A stretch of 64,000 bases of DNA from an uncultured Gammaproteobacteria bacterium. Its GTDB lineage: Bacteria > Patescibacteriota > Patescibacteriia > UBA9934. Shown here piece by piece: positions 26,937 to 36,496 of the stretch. Under the pieces are notes generated by a model. The model saw only the letters and a program-made list of their open reading frames with translations. It was not told the origin of the DNA and made no database searches. Positions within the stretch are counted from its first letter, which is position 1. Every line of letters starts with the position of its first letter. The stretch spans positions 25,875 to 89,874 of the forward strand of contig CAZKGL010000001.1 in the NCBI GenBank assembly GCA_964552565.1, written 5' to 3'. The translations under genes were made by a program, and so were the position numbers.

Positions 26937-28202
26937 ATGCGCTCCTCCCAGTTGTTTGCGAAAACCTCGAAAACGGCGCCCGCGGATGCAGAAACCGCGA
27001 ATGCGAAGTACCTGACGCAAGGCGGCTTCGTCCATCAGGAAATGGCCGGCGTGTACTCGTGGCTCCCGCTCGGGTTGCGCGTGTTGCGCAAGGTCGAACA
27101 GATCGTCCGCGAGGAAATGAACCTGCTCGGGGCACAGGAGATCCTCATGTCCGCGCTCCAGCCTAAGGAAAATTGGTTGGTGACCGACCGTTGGGATTCG
27201 GTCGACGTCCTCTTCAAGGTGCCGAGCCAGACGGGGAAGGAGTATGCGCTTGGCCCGACGCACGAAGAGATTGTGACGCCGCTCGTCAAGGACTTCATCA
27301 CCTCGTACAAGGACTTGCCGGTTGCGGTGTACCAGATCCAGAACAAGTACCGTGACGAGCTCCGCGCAAAGAGCGGCGTACTCCGTGGCCGCGAGTTCGG
27401 CATGAAGGACCTCTATTCGTTCCATACGACCAAGGAGGACCTCGCCGCATTTTATGAGCGTGCAAAGGAAGCATATCTCCGCGTATTTTCGCGTTGTGGC
27501 ATGCAGGCGAAGGTGACCGAAGCGTCCGGCGGGTCGTTCTCGAAGAAGTTCTCCCATGAGTTCCAGATCGTCACCTCAGCCGGAGAAGACATGATCCTCG
27601 CCTGCCCGTCGTGTACATTTGCGCAGAACACGGAAGTCGCGACGCTGAAGGACGGCGACGCCTGCCCGCAATGCGGGTCGACCCTCGCCATGACAAAAGG
27701 CGCGGAAGCAGGGAATATCTTCGACCTCAACACGCGGTTCTCCGAGGCGTTCGAGTTCCTCTTTACTGACGAAGACGGCTCGCGGAAGCCGGTCATCATG
27801 GGCTGCTACGGCATCGGGACGACGCGGTTGGTCGGAACGGTGGTCGAGGCGTCGCATGACGATATGGGCATCATTTGGCCGAAGTCGGTCGCGCCGTTCC
27901 ATGTGCACCTGGTGTCGCTCGCGGGGAAGAAGGCCGGCGGGAACGTGGCCGAGGAAGCGCAAAAGCTGTACGACGCGCTGACGAAGGCGGGCGTCGAGGT
28001 GTTCTGGGACGACCGCGCGGACGCGTCCGCCGGTGAAAAGTTCGCGGACGCCGACCTGCTCGGCATGCCGCTGCGCCTCGTGGTGTCGGAAAAGACGCTG
28101 GCGGAAGGCGCGGTGGAGTGGAAGTTCCGCGCCGCGGCAGATGTGGAAAAGGTCCCGCTCGGCGATGTCGTCGCCAAGGCCGCTGCCTGGGTCCGCGAGT
28201 AA
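26937..28202 (+). CDS. proS: proline--tRNA ligase (short form without bacterial editing insertion)
   Basis: class II aaRS motifs, anticodon-binding C-terminus, zinc-cysteines CPSC...CPQCG. Confidence 0.9.
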   Translation: MRSSQLFAKTSKTAPADAETANAKYLTQGGFVHQEMAGVYSWLPLGLRVLRKVEQIVREEMNLLGAQEILMSALQPKENWLVTDRWDSVDVLFKVPSQTGKEYALGPTHEEIVTPLVKDFITSYKDLPVAVYQIQNKYRDELRAKSGVLRGREFGMKDLYSFHTTKEDLAAFYERAKEAYLRVFSRCGMQAKVTEASGGSFSKKFSHEFQIVTSAGEDMILACPSCTFAQNTEVATLKDGDACPQCGSTLAMTKGAEAGNIFDLNTRFSEAFEFLFTDEDGSRKPVIMGCYGIGTTRLVGTVVEASHDDMGIIWPKSVAPFHVHLVSLAGKKAGGNVAEEAQKLYDALTKAGVEVFWDDRADASAGEKFADADLLGMPLRLVVSEKTLAEGAVEWKFRAAADVEKVPLGDVVAKAAAWVRE

Positions 28203-28214
28203 CAATCTCATCCA

Positions 28215-28262
28215 AAAATGGTGAAGCCCCCGTCCGCACGATTGCGGATGGGGGCTTCGCGT
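28215..28262. terminator. bidirectional terminator between proS and GGDEF gene
   Basis: GAAGCCCCCGTCCGCA-loop-TGCGGATGGGGGCTTC. Confidence 0.65.
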
Positions 28263-28264
28263 CG

Positions 28265-28981
28265 TCACGGAAGGAACTTCCGGACGGTGACGGGGGACGG
28301 CAGGCCGGAGCGCCGGCGCTGCTTGTAGGTGTACATCTCGAGATCCGCGGCGCGGATCACGTCCTCGATGCTCGTCGACGTGCCGATCTGGTAGACGGCG
28401 GCGCCGACGCTCGAGTGGATCTCGATCTCCGCGTCCGGCACCGCGAGGCGCTCGTGGGCGAGGATGGTGAGGAGCCGGCGGCAGACCTTGCGGGCGATCC
28501 GCACGTCCGCCTTGCGCAGGAGGAGCGCGAACTCGTCGCCGCCGAGGCGCGCGGCCTCGTCGTCAGGACGGATGGCGCGGCGCATGGCGTCCGCGATCGC
28601 CTTGAGGAGCTCGTCGCCCTTCTTGTGGCCGAAGGTGTCGTTGACGTACTTCAGCCGGTCCGCATCGATCATGACGACCGCGAGCGACTGCTCGACGGGC
28701 GACAGGCGCGGGCGGCGGCTGTGCGGATGCTTCCCGAACCACTCGTCCTCGAGGCGGCGCATGAACTCCATGCGGCCCTTCTCGCGTTCGATGCGGTCCA
28801 TGAAAGCGTGCTTGTTGAGAAGGCCGGTGTCCGCGTCGATCTCGACCTTGAACTGGAGCTCGCGCACCTTGGCCTCGAGGGCCCGGCGCGCTTCGCGCTC
28901 CTCTTCGAGTTCACGTTCGAGCTTGAGGCGGGCTTCGCGCTCCGCTTTGACCTGCTCGCGCAGCTCGGCAAGTTCATCCAT
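28265..28981 (-). CDS. diguanylate cyclase (GGDEF domain) with N-terminal coiled coil
   Basis: RLGGDEFALLL active-site motif; AGGAG SD. Confidence 0.85.
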   Translation of the reverse strand: MDELAELREQVKAEREARLKLERELEEEREARRALEAKVRELQFKVEIDADTGLLNKHAFMDRIEREKGRMEFMRRLEDEWFGKHPHSRRPRLSPVEQSLAVVMIDADRLKYVNDTFGHKKGDELLKAIADAMRRAIRPDDEAARLGGDEFALLLRKADVRIARKVCRRLLTILAHERLAVPDAEIEIHSSVGAAVYQIGTSTSIEDVIRAADLEMYTYKQRRRSGLPSPVTVRKFLP

Positions 28982-29067
28982 CGCGTACTCCTACGGTGGG
29001 GGTGCGTGCGTCTGCTGCACGCGACCGGATGAGGTGTTGTTGGCCGACGAGGTATCGACCACCCACC

Positions 29068-29096
29068 AAGTTATCACATCAGTACGCTTTTTGCAA
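29068..29096 (-). promoter_or_regulatory. promoter TTGCAA-17-TAACTT (minus) for GGDEF gene
   Basis: hexamers. Confidence 0.4.
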
Positions 29097-29112
29097 GCGT
29101 TAGCCCCGTTTA

Positions 29113-29160
29113 CTCGAAAACAACACAACACCCGGCTTCACGCCGGGTGTTGTGTTGTTC
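29113..29160 (-). terminator. terminator after hup (19-bp stem AACAACACAACACCCGGC)
   Basis: long perfect inverted repeat + T-tract on minus strand. Confidence 0.75.
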
Positions 29161-29166
29161 CTGATG

Positions 29167-29472
29167 TTAGGCTGTCGGGGCTGCGGCGACCTTCGGCTTT
29201 TTGAGCGCATCCTTGAGCGCCTTGCCGGCCTTGAACTTCGGGACACGGACGGCCGGGATCTGCATCTTTTCCGTCGGCTTCTGCGGGTTGACGCCCATGC
29301 GTGCCGAGCGGACCTTGCTTGAGAAGGTCCCGAAGCCTGCGATGGTCACTTCGTCCCCGTCGACCAAGGCCTGGGTCACGATCTCCTCGAACAGTTCGAC
29401 GAAATCCTCGCCGGTCTTCTTGGGGAGGTCGAGTTTCTCTGCAATGCGGAGTGCCAGTTCTGCCTTGTTCAT
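29167..29472 (-). CDS. hup: DNA-binding protein HU with Lys/Ala-rich C-terminal tail
   Basis: MNKAELALRIAEK...GFGTF...R.GVNP motifs. Confidence 0.85.
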   Translation of the reverse strand: MNKAELALRIAEKLDLPKKTGEDFVELFEEIVTQALVDGDEVTIAGFGTFSSKVRSARMGVNPQKPTEKMQIPAVRVPKFKAGKALKDALKKPKVAAAPTA

Positions 29473-29500
29473 AAAGGGTACGATTGGTTTGATGCTGCGA

Positions 29501-29529
29501 ATCTTAGCTAAGGTTCGCACAAGAGTCAA
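29501..29529 (-). promoter_or_regulatory. promoter TTGACT-17-TAAGAT for hup
   Basis: hexamers on minus strand. Confidence 0.55.
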
Positions 29530-29532
29530 GTC

Positions 29533-29558
29533 CGGGCGGGGTGCGGGGACCCCGCCTA
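29533..29558 (-). terminator. terminator after rny (AGGCGGGGTCCCCGCACCCCGCC)
   Basis: GC hairpin; same 21-mer recurs after fusA. Confidence 0.5.
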
Positions 29559-31088
29559 TTACCTCGCGTACTCAATGACGCGGGTTTCGCGGATAACCGT
29601 CACCCGGACCTCGCCAGGGTACTGGAGCTCGCTTTCGATCTTCTTTGCAACGTCTCGGGCCAGCTGGTACGCGGCATAATCGTCCACTTTGGTCGGTTCG
29701 ACGAACACGCGGACTTCGCGCCCGGCCTGGATGGCGTAGGCCTTCTCGACGCCCTCGAAGCTCGCGGCAGCCGCCTCAAGACCTTCCAGGCGCCGGATGT
29801 ACTCCTCGACCGAGTTGCGCCGTGCGCCGGGGCGGGCGCCCGAGATGGCGTCCGCAGCCTTCACGATGACGCCCTCGATGGTGCGCGGACGGTCTTCGTG
29901 GTGGGCGATGGACTGGTAGCACATCTCCTCCGGGAATCCGAACTTCTTCATGATGTTGTAGCCGATCTGCGGGTGCGCGCCCTGCATGTCGTGGTCGACC
30001 GCCTTGCCGATGTCGTGGAAGAGGCCGCCCTTCTTGCAGGCGAACGCGTCCATGCCGAGTTCTTCGGCAATCATGCCGGAGATGCGCGCCACCTCCATGG
30101 AGTGCTGGAGCACGTTCTGGCCGTAGCTCGTGCGGAACTTCAGTCGACCGAGGATGGAGACGAGCTTCGGGTCGATGGACGAGACCGGGATGCCGAGCTC
30201 GTACAACGCATCTTCACCGGCCTTCTTCATTTCCTTGGCGAGATCCTTTTTCGCCTCGTTCACCGCGTCTTCGATTTTTGCGGGCTGGATACGGCCGTCT
30301 TTCATGAGCATCTCGAGCGCGCGCTTTGCGACCTGGCGACGGACCGGGGAGAAGCCGCTGATGGTAATGGATTCCGGCGTGTCGTCGATGATGAACTCGC
30401 AGCCGGTCAAGTGCTCGAGCGCCTTGATGTTGCGGCCTTCCTTGCCGATAATGCGGCCCTTCATGTCGTCGCTCGGCAGCTGGACGAAGGTCGTCGTCGC
30501 GTCGACGACATGGCTCGACGCGAAACGCTGGATGGCGAGCGAGAGGATCTTGCGCGCCTTCGCCTCGACCTCCTCCTCGTTGTCCTGTTCCATCTTGCGC
30601 AAGCGGCTCATGAGGGCGTCTTTGCTCTCGCCCTCGACGCGTTCCATGAGCACGCGTTCCGCATCGGCCTTCGTGAGGCCGGCGATCTCCTGGAGCCGCG
30701 CCTCCGCGGCGGCCGCAAGTTCCTCAACCCTTGCGCGCATGCGGTCGAGCTCCGTCTTTTCGTGGTCGATCTTCGCCTTGCGGTTTTCAAACTCAAGGAG
30801 CGTCTTGTCGAACATCCGTTCGCGCTCCGCGAGCCGCAGCTGGGCGTCCTTCACCTCGCCGCGTTCCTTGTCGAGCTCGCGCTTGCCCTCCTCGACGACG
30901 GCGAGCGCTTTTTCTTTTGCCTGCAGGATAATTTCCTGCTCCTTCGTTTTGGCTTCCTGGATGATCTTCTCCGCGCGCTGTTCGGCGGTCCCCATCTTGT
31001 TCTGGGTGAGGAGCCGACGGAGCACGAAGCCGATCACGCCGCCAAGTGCGATGCCGGCAACCGCGGCAAGCACAAGCATGGTGTCCAT
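29559..31088 (-). CDS. rny: ribonuclease Y
   Basis: N-terminal TM, coiled coil, KH domain, HD motif LFHDIGKA. Confidence 0.9.
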   Translation of the reverse strand: MDTMLVLAAVAGIALGGVIGFVLRRLLTQNKMGTAEQRAEKIIQEAKTKEQEIILQAKEKALAVVEEGKRELDKERGEVKDAQLRLAERERMFDKTLLEFENRKAKIDHEKTELDRMRARVEELAAAAEARLQEIAGLTKADAERVLMERVEGESKDALMSRLRKMEQDNEEEVEAKARKILSLAIQRFASSHVVDATTTFVQLPSDDMKGRIIGKEGRNIKALEHLTGCEFIIDDTPESITISGFSPVRRQVAKRALEMLMKDGRIQPAKIEDAVNEAKKDLAKEMKKAGEDALYELGIPVSSIDPKLVSILGRLKFRTSYGQNVLQHSMEVARISGMIAEELGMDAFACKKGGLFHDIGKAVDHDMQGAHPQIGYNIMKKFGFPEEMCYQSIAHHEDRPRTIEGVIVKAADAISGARPGARRNSVEEYIRRLEGLEAAAASFEGVEKAYAIQAGREVRVFVEPTKVDDYAAYQLARDVAKKIESELQYPGEVRVTVIRETRVIEYAR

Positions 31089-31238
31089 ATCGTGAACGGC
31101 CGGAAGTTGCGGAAAAACGCGCGGTGTTACCGCGTGCAAGGGGTTTGGATGCGCATGCTGCGCGCATCGACGCTATTGCAACCGGGAAAAATCGACATAT
31201 CGTCCGTACCAACCGTGCGTTTCCGAACCATCCGAGCA

Positions 31239-31949
31239 TCAAGACTTACGCTCCGACGGTATCATGGTGGCTCGACAGCAGTCAATCCAGTTTTGCGGCG
31301 AACATTCGTCGATTTTCTTTGCTTCTTCCACGGAAAACGGACCGACCTTCGTACGCCGGAGTGCGGGAAGGTAGCCGACAGTCCCGAGCGCGGCGCCGAG
31401 GTCGCGGGCGAGGGCGCGGACATACGTGCCGGACGAGCAGCGGATGCGGCACGTGATGGTGCATGGGGTATGGTGGATGGTGGAGGGGTCGGAAAGGAGG
31501 GCGAACTCGTACACCGTGACCGGCCGCGGTTCGCGGACGATCTCTTTTCCTTGGCGGGCGAGCTCGTACAATTTTTTTCCCCCGACTTTGATGGCGGCGT
31601 GCATGGGAGGGATCTGGAGGAGGGGGCCGGTCAGCGATTGCATCGCCTCAACCACCAGGGCACTCGACAACTCGACCGCTGGCCCGTCCGTCACCTTGCC
31701 CTCCGGGTCGAGCGTCGTCGACGTCTGGCCGAGGCGGATGTCGGCGACATATTCTTTGTCGAGCCCGACGAAGTGCTGGAGTTCACGAGTCGATTCACGG
31801 CCGACGGCCACAAGCAAGAGTCCGGTCGCGAACGGGTCGAGCGTCCCTGCGTGGCCGATCGTCCGCTCGCCGGTGATGCGCCGCAGCCGGTCAATAACGT
31901 CGTGCGACGTCATGCCGGACGGCTTGTCGATGAGGAGCAGACGTTGCAT
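31239..31949 (-). CDS. truB: tRNA pseudouridine(55) synthase
   Basis: IDKPSGMTSHDV...GHAGTLDPFATG motifs. Confidence 0.9.
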   Translation of the reverse strand: MQRLLLIDKPSGMTSHDVIDRLRRITGERTIGHAGTLDPFATGLLLVAVGRESTRELQHFVGLDKEYVADIRLGQTSTTLDPEGKVTDGPAVELSSALVVEAMQSLTGPLLQIPPMHAAIKVGGKKLYELARQGKEIVREPRPVTVYEFALLSDPSTIHHTPCTITCRIRCSSGTYVRALARDLGAALGTVGYLPALRRTKVGPFSVEEAKKIDECSPQNWIDCCRATMIPSERKS

Positions 31950-31951
31950 AG

Positions 31952-32455
31952 CTAGCGCTTCATGTTGACCACGGTCGTGACCGATCCATTCGGCACGAAC
32001 ACCGTGTTGCCGTCCTTGTCCCGGAGTACGGTGGAGCGGATGCTGAGCGACTCCACGACGCCTTCGTAGCCGCCGATCTTCACTTCGTCACCGACGCCGT
32101 ATTGGTTTTCAGCAATGAGAAAAAGTCCCGAGATGAAATCCTTTACCAGCGCCTGCGCGCCAAAACCGATGGCGAGCCCGACGACGCCGGCGCTCGCAAT
32201 AATGGGCGTGGGATCGATATCGAACAGACGGAGGATCCAAAACGCGACGATGATAAGGAGGACGGCGTGGAGCACGTCGTGGATGAGGCGGGCGACGGTC
32301 TTCGCGCGCGTGCTCCGGCCGCGTGACGCGCCGTGTTCTGCCGCGCGCCGGCCGATTTTCCGTGCGTAGAGCGCAAGGGCGACGTGGCCGACCAGGTAGA
32401 CGGTCACGATGATGACGACATCGCGCAGGTGCGACGTGATGAACTCGAGAATCAT
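31952..32455 (-). CDS. mechanosensitive ion channel (MscS family, short)
   Basis: PTPIIASAGVVGLAIGFGAQ...ENQYGVGDEVKIGG...VFVPNG conserved MscS core. Confidence 0.75.
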   Translation of the reverse strand: MILEFITSHLRDVVIIVTVYLVGHVALALYARKIGRRAAEHGASRGRSTRAKTVARLIHDVLHAVLLIIVAFWILRLFDIDPTPIIASAGVVGLAIGFGAQALVKDFISGLFLIAENQYGVGDEVKIGGYEGVVESLSIRSTVLRDKDGNTVFVPNGSVTTVVNMKR

Positions 32456-32502
32456 AGGCGGTGTGTAAGGGGATCCTACCCGGGCGACGGATGGCGTACA
32501 AC

Positions 32503-33309
32503 CTAGCGCCTCGCGCCAACGACGGAGGCAAGGAGGAACAGGAGCGCGGCGGCGAGCACGATGCAGGCGCCGGTCGGGCGGTTGCCCGCGGCCGAGACGA
32601 CAATACCCACGACGACGGCGGCCTCGGCGATGATGATGGACAGGGCGAGGTACTGCCGCATCGACCCGGCAAGGAGCCGCGCCGCGGCGGTTGGGATGAT
32701 GAGGAGCGCGGAGACGAGGATGATGCCGAGCATTTTGACGCCGAGCACGACGCCGATGGCGAGCATGACGTACAAGAGGAGTGTGACGCGCCCGGTCGCA
32801 ATGCCGTGGACGCGGGCGGTTTCATCGTTCAGGATTGCGAGCACGATGGGGCGGTACGCCGCAGCGAGGACGGCGCAGAGGACGACGAGCGCGGCGGCGA
32901 GGATGATGACGTCCTGCCAGGTGACGCCGAGGATGCTGCCAAACAAGTACGTCAACAGTTCCGGCTGGTAGCCCTGCGTAAAACTCATGAGGATGATGCC
33001 GAGCGCCATGCTTGCGGTGAACAGGATGCCGATCGCAGAATCGCTTGGCAGTTTTGTCGTGCGTTCAAGCACAAAGATTGCGCACGCAACGCCGATGCCC
33101 CACAGGAGCGCGACGGGGAGCGGGGCGATGCCGGCGAGGACCGCGACGGCGATGCCGGCCAACGAGGCATGCGCAATGCCTTCACCGAAGAACGCCATGC
33201 GCCGCAAGGTCGCAAACGCGCCGAGCGCGGCGAGTATGGCGCCAAGGAGCGCGCCGGCAAGGAGCGCGCGTACCATGAAGGGCTGGCTGAGGAGGTCGGT
33301 GAGCGCCAT
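32503..33309 (-). CDS. znuB: metal ABC transporter permease (ABC-3/ZnuB family)
   Basis: 8-TM ABC-3 pattern with conserved LLIIPTAAARLL segment. Confidence 0.8.
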   Translation of the reverse strand: MALTDLLSQPFMVRALLAGALLGAILAALGAFATLRRMAFFGEGIAHASLAGIAVAVLAGIAPLPVALLWGIGVACAIFVLERTTKLPSDSAIGILFTASMALGIILMSFTQGYQPELLTYLFGSILGVTWQDVIILAAALVVLCAVLAAAYRPIVLAILNDETARVHGIATGRVTLLLYVMLAIGVVLGVKMLGIILVSALLIIPTAAARLLAGSMRQYLALSIIIAEAAVVVGIVVSAAGNRPTGACIVLAAALLFLLASVVGARR

Positions 33310-33312
33310 ACG

Positions 33313-34053
33313 TTAGCCGTGGCTATGGTCGTGGTGGAGGGACTTCGCCCGGCTGCCGTAGAGCTCGGCCAACCGCTTGGGCGTCAGCGCCCTTTCGGGC
33401 GTCCCGACGCACACGAGCCGGCGGTTGACCGCGACGACGTGGTCGACGATGTCCGCGAGCATGGAGAGGTCATGCGACACAAGGACGATGGTCGTGCCAT
33501 GGGTTTCATTGAGGTGCGCAAGGACGTCGTACAGCGCCGCTTCGCCCGCGACGTCAATGCCGGTCGACGGCTCGTCGAGGAAAAGGAGCGCAGGGTTGTT
33601 GATGATCGCCTGGGCGATGAGCACGCGCTGGAGCTGGCCGCCGGAGAGCGTCCCGAGCGTTTTTGCGAGGATGGGTTTTTGCAAGCCGACCTCACGGATG
33701 ATGTGTTCGGGCGTTTCGCCGCCCTTGCGGCGGTACAGCGTGAGGAACTCACCGACGGTCATGGGGAAGGTGCGGTCGAAGTCGAACCGCTGCGGCACGT
33801 AACCGATGCGGTCGTGGGCCTTGCGGATCGCCTCGCCGAACACGGCGACGGTGCCTTTGTGCGGCACAAGCCCGAGCATGGCTCTGAGCAGCGTCGTTTT
33901 GCCCGAACCGTTCGGCCCGATAATCGCGGTGATGCTCCCCCGGGGGATATCGAACGACACGTCATCGAGTACGGCGACGTCGCCGTACGTGACGCTGAGC
34001 CCGTCCACGCAGATGGCCGGAGCGTTATTGGTTTTCGCTGATGCGGCGCGCAT
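33313..34053 (-). CDS. znuC: metal ABC transporter ATP-binding protein
   Basis: GPNGSGKTTLL Walker A, LSGGQLQRV signature; start ATG chosen (GTG at 34089 alternative). Confidence 0.8.
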   Translation of the reverse strand: MRAASAKTNNAPAICVDGLSVTYGDVAVLDDVSFDIPRGSITAIIGPNGSGKTTLLRAMLGLVPHKGTVAVFGEAIRKAHDRIGYVPQRFDFDRTFPMTVGEFLTLYRRKGGETPEHIIREVGLQKPILAKTLGTLSGGQLQRVLIAQAIINNPALLFLDEPSTGIDVAGEAALYDVLAHLNETHGTTIVLVSHDLSMLADIVDHVVAVNRRLVCVGTPERALTPKRLAELYGSRAKSLHHDHSHG

Positions 34054-34894
34054 TGCCGAGTATGAGGTCGATATAGGTCTCGTATTCACCGCTTGTCCCT
34101 TCCGCGTCGAGCGTCACGAGCGTCAGGTTGTGGTCCGTGGCGAACGCTTCGACCGCCGCTTCACTCTCACCGGCATCGACGTAGAGCGTCGTTACCTCGT
34201 ATTCGGCCATGGTTTCTGCCAACGTTGCGAGGTCTTCGGGGGTCGGTTCACGCCCGCTCGACGGTTCGTACGTCCCGATGATGTCGAGACCGTACGCATC
34301 AGCGAAATAATACCACGCGTCGTGCTGCGTGATGATGTGGGTGTTCTCGACCTGGCTCATGAGTCGCTCGATCTCCGCCTGCGTATCGTTTAAGCGTCCG
34401 AGGTATGCGCCGAGGTTTGCGCGAAAGACTTGCGCGTACTCCGGGAAGCGGCCGGATAGGTCTTTTTCGGCGAGTTCCGCCATGCGCTTCGCATTTTCGA
34501 TCGTCAGCCAATAATGCGGATCCACATTGCCGTCCTCGTCGATGCGGAGCGGGATGTCGGCGGAGAGCGTCGTCATGTCGGTAAGCGCGTTGATGATCGA
34601 CTTCGTCCAGTCGTCGACGCCATAGCCGATGGTGTAGAGCACCTCCGCGCCCTCGAGTTGCGCAACCGTGTCCGGCGTCGGCTCGAAGGTGTGGGGATTT
34701 GCGCCAGGCGGCATGAGCATGACGACGTTCAGCCGGTCGCCCGCAACGGTGCGGACAATGTCGTACACGGGGAACATGCTCGTCGCGACGCGAGGACGGG
34801 CATCTTCCGGCTCGGAACGGTTGACGAGCGCCGTCAGCCCGAGGCTCGCGGCGATAAGGAGGAGGACGGCGATGAGGAATACGCGGGTACGCAT
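34025..34894 (-). CDS. znuA: metal (zinc/manganese) ABC transporter substrate-binding lipoprotein (TroA/ZnuA family)
   Basis: signal peptide, metal-binding His region HTFEPTP. Confidence 0.8.
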   Translation of the reverse strand: MRTRVFLIAVLLLIAASLGLTALVNRSEPEDARPRVATSMFPVYDIVRTVAGDRLNVVMLMPPGANPHTFEPTPDTVAQLEGAEVLYTIGYGVDDWTKSIINALTDMTTLSADIPLRIDEDGNVDPHYWLTIENAKRMAELAEKDLSGRFPEYAQVFRANLGAYLGRLNDTQAEIERLMSQVENTHIITQHDAWYYFADAYGLDIIGTYEPSSGREPTPEDLATLAETMAEYEVTTLYVDAGESEAAVEAFATDHNLTLVTLDAEGTSGEYETYIDLILGNARRISENQ

Positions 34895-34898
34895 AACA

Positions 34899-35264
34899 TT
34901 ATGATGCACAGGATGCGCACAGGCCGCTCAAGGAGAGGGTGTGCGATTGCAATTTGGGGACGGGGCAGGGGAGGCAGGAGGTGACGTGGCACTTCGTGCA
35001 CGCGAGGTGGTCGTGGTGCGGCTGGTCGGCGCGTTCGAAGTGCGTGTGCCCGTCCTGCGCAGCAACGGGGACGATGATGCCCTCTTGGATGAGGAGGCGG
35101 AGCGTCCTGTAGATCGTATTTTGCCCGACATCGTGCAGCCGCTTCCGTAGTGCCCGTGCACACCAAAGCCGCGGTTCATGGAATAACTCGATAATGCGAT
35201 GCCGGGGGTGTGTTTTTTTGAGACCCCGGTCGTGGAGGGCATCGTCGATTGCGCAGTGGTGCAT
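34899..35264 (-). CDS. zur: Fur-family transcriptional regulator, likely Zur
   Basis: HHDHLAC...C motifs; heads znuACB operon. Confidence 0.8.
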   Translation of the reverse strand: MHHCAIDDALHDRGLKKTHPRHRIIELFHEPRLWCARALRKRLHDVGQNTIYRTLRLLIQEGIIVPVAAQDGHTHFERADQPHHDHLACTKCHVTSCLPCPVPKLQSHTLSLSGLCASCAS

Positions 35265-35267
35265 AGG

Positions 35268-35325
35268 CTAAGTGGTAATGAATTACCATTTGGAAGTACA
35301 TTACCATTTGGAAACTGATTGTCAA
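35268..35325. promoter_or_regulatory. Zur-box operator: palindrome GGTAATGAATTACC plus two direct repeats ATTACCATTTGGAA overlapping the zur -10 (TAATGT) and -35 (TTGACA)
   Basis: direct reading; placed between divergent zur and yibE/F-like genes. Confidence 0.65.
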
Positions 35326-35343
35326 TTTCGCCTTCACGCAATG

Positions 35344-35349
35344 CTATAC
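35344..35349 (+). promoter_or_regulatory. -10 box TATACT 10 nt upstream of ATG of YibE/F gene (leaderless)
   Basis: no SD; -10 adjacent to start. Confidence 0.45.
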
Positions 35350-35359
35350 TATACCGTAT

Positions 35360-36481
35360 ATGCGCCGTTTCCTCAGTTTTTTGGGGCTCGTTCTTTTTGC
35401 CTTGGCAATGCCTTTTGTTGCGATCGGCCGGGAAGAGCCGCCCGCGGGGAGCCGGGAGGTTGAGGCGGAGATCGTCGAAATCATCGACGACGCCTATCAG
35501 GACGGCATCCGGAGCATCGAGTTTTACGCCGACGGGGAGGACGGGCAGCGGTACCGCGTGAACACGCTCAACTCGTTCACCGAAGGGATGCAGTTCAACC
35601 TCGAGCCCGGCGACCGCGTCATCCTTTCCCTCATCAGCGACGGCTACGGCAACACGACCGCCTATCTCGCCGACGTCGTGCGGACGGGCGCGCTCGTGTG
35701 GATCGCGCTCTTCTTTGCCATCATCACCATCGCGGTGGGGTTGCGCCGCGGCGTGTTCGCGCTCGTCGGATTTGCTGCGACCATCGGCATCCTCTTCTGG
35801 TTCGTATTTCCGCGCATCCTTGGCGGCGCCGACCCGGTGTTCACGACCGCGGCTGCGGCGATCCTCATCCTCGCCATCAACCTCTCGCTCTCCCACGGCC
35901 TCACCCGGAACACTGCGGTCGCGTTCGGCGGGACGGCGTTTGGCGTCGTCCTGGCGTGGGTCCTCTCTGCCGCATTCGTCGCGTTCGCCAAACTTTCCGG
36001 GCTTTCAAGCGAAGAGGCGACCTTCCTGTACTGGCAGTTCGGCGGCCTCGCGTCGCCGGCGGGGCTCCTCCTTGCGGGCATCATCCTCGGCGCGGTCGGC
36101 GTGCTCGATGACATCGCCATCACACAATGCGAAACCGTTGCGGAACTCAAAGCTGCCAATCCGCGGTTCACGCGCCGCGAGCTGTTTGTCCGCGCCATGC
36201 GCGTCGGGCGCCACCACATCGCGTCGACGGTCAACACGCTCGTCCTCGCGTACGTCGGCTCTGCCTTGCCCCTCTTCCTCATTTTCCTCGCCGACCACAA
36301 CGTCAGCCTGTGGCGGTTCCTCAATACCGAGGCGGTCGCCGAAGAGGTGGTCCGGACGTTGGCCGGTACGTCGGCCCTCGTGCTGACCGTGCCGCTGACG
36401 ACGTTCCTGGCCGCGATGGTCTGGTCGAACGCGAAGGCGCGCGATGTGCATGAATTCCGGGACGGCGAACACAAGGCCTAG
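35360..36481 (+). CDS. YibE/F family membrane protein
   Basis: soluble N-domain then 7-8 TM helices with conserved GVLDD motif. Confidence 0.65.
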   Translation: MRRFLSFLGLVLFALAMPFVAIGREEPPAGSREVEAEIVEIIDDAYQDGIRSIEFYADGEDGQRYRVNTLNSFTEGMQFNLEPGDRVILSLISDGYGNTTAYLADVVRTGALVWIALFFAIITIAVGLRRGVFALVGFAATIGILFWFVFPRILGGADPVFTTAAAAILILAINLSLSHGLTRNTAVAFGGTAFGVVLAWVLSAAFVAFAKLSGLSSEEATFLYWQFGGLASPAGLLLAGIILGAVGVLDDIAITQCETVAELKAANPRFTRRELFVRAMRVGRHHIASTVNTLVLAYVGSALPLFLIFLADHNVSLWRFLNTEAVAEEVVRTLAGTSALVLTVPLTTFLAAMVWSNAKARDVHEFRDGEHKA

Positions 36482-36483
36482 GT

Positions 36484-36489
36484 ATACTG
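36484..36489 (+). promoter_or_regulatory. -10 box TATACT 7 nt upstream of ATG (leaderless)
   Basis: GGTATACTGTCGACGTATG. Confidence 0.4.
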
Positions 36490-36496
36490 TCGACGT

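Noticed and set aside
25477-27557. 329-aa and 602-aa minus-strand ORFs
   Set aside because: They are antisense to the hemerythrin, hypothetical and proS genes, with low-complexity Arg/Ala-rich translation.
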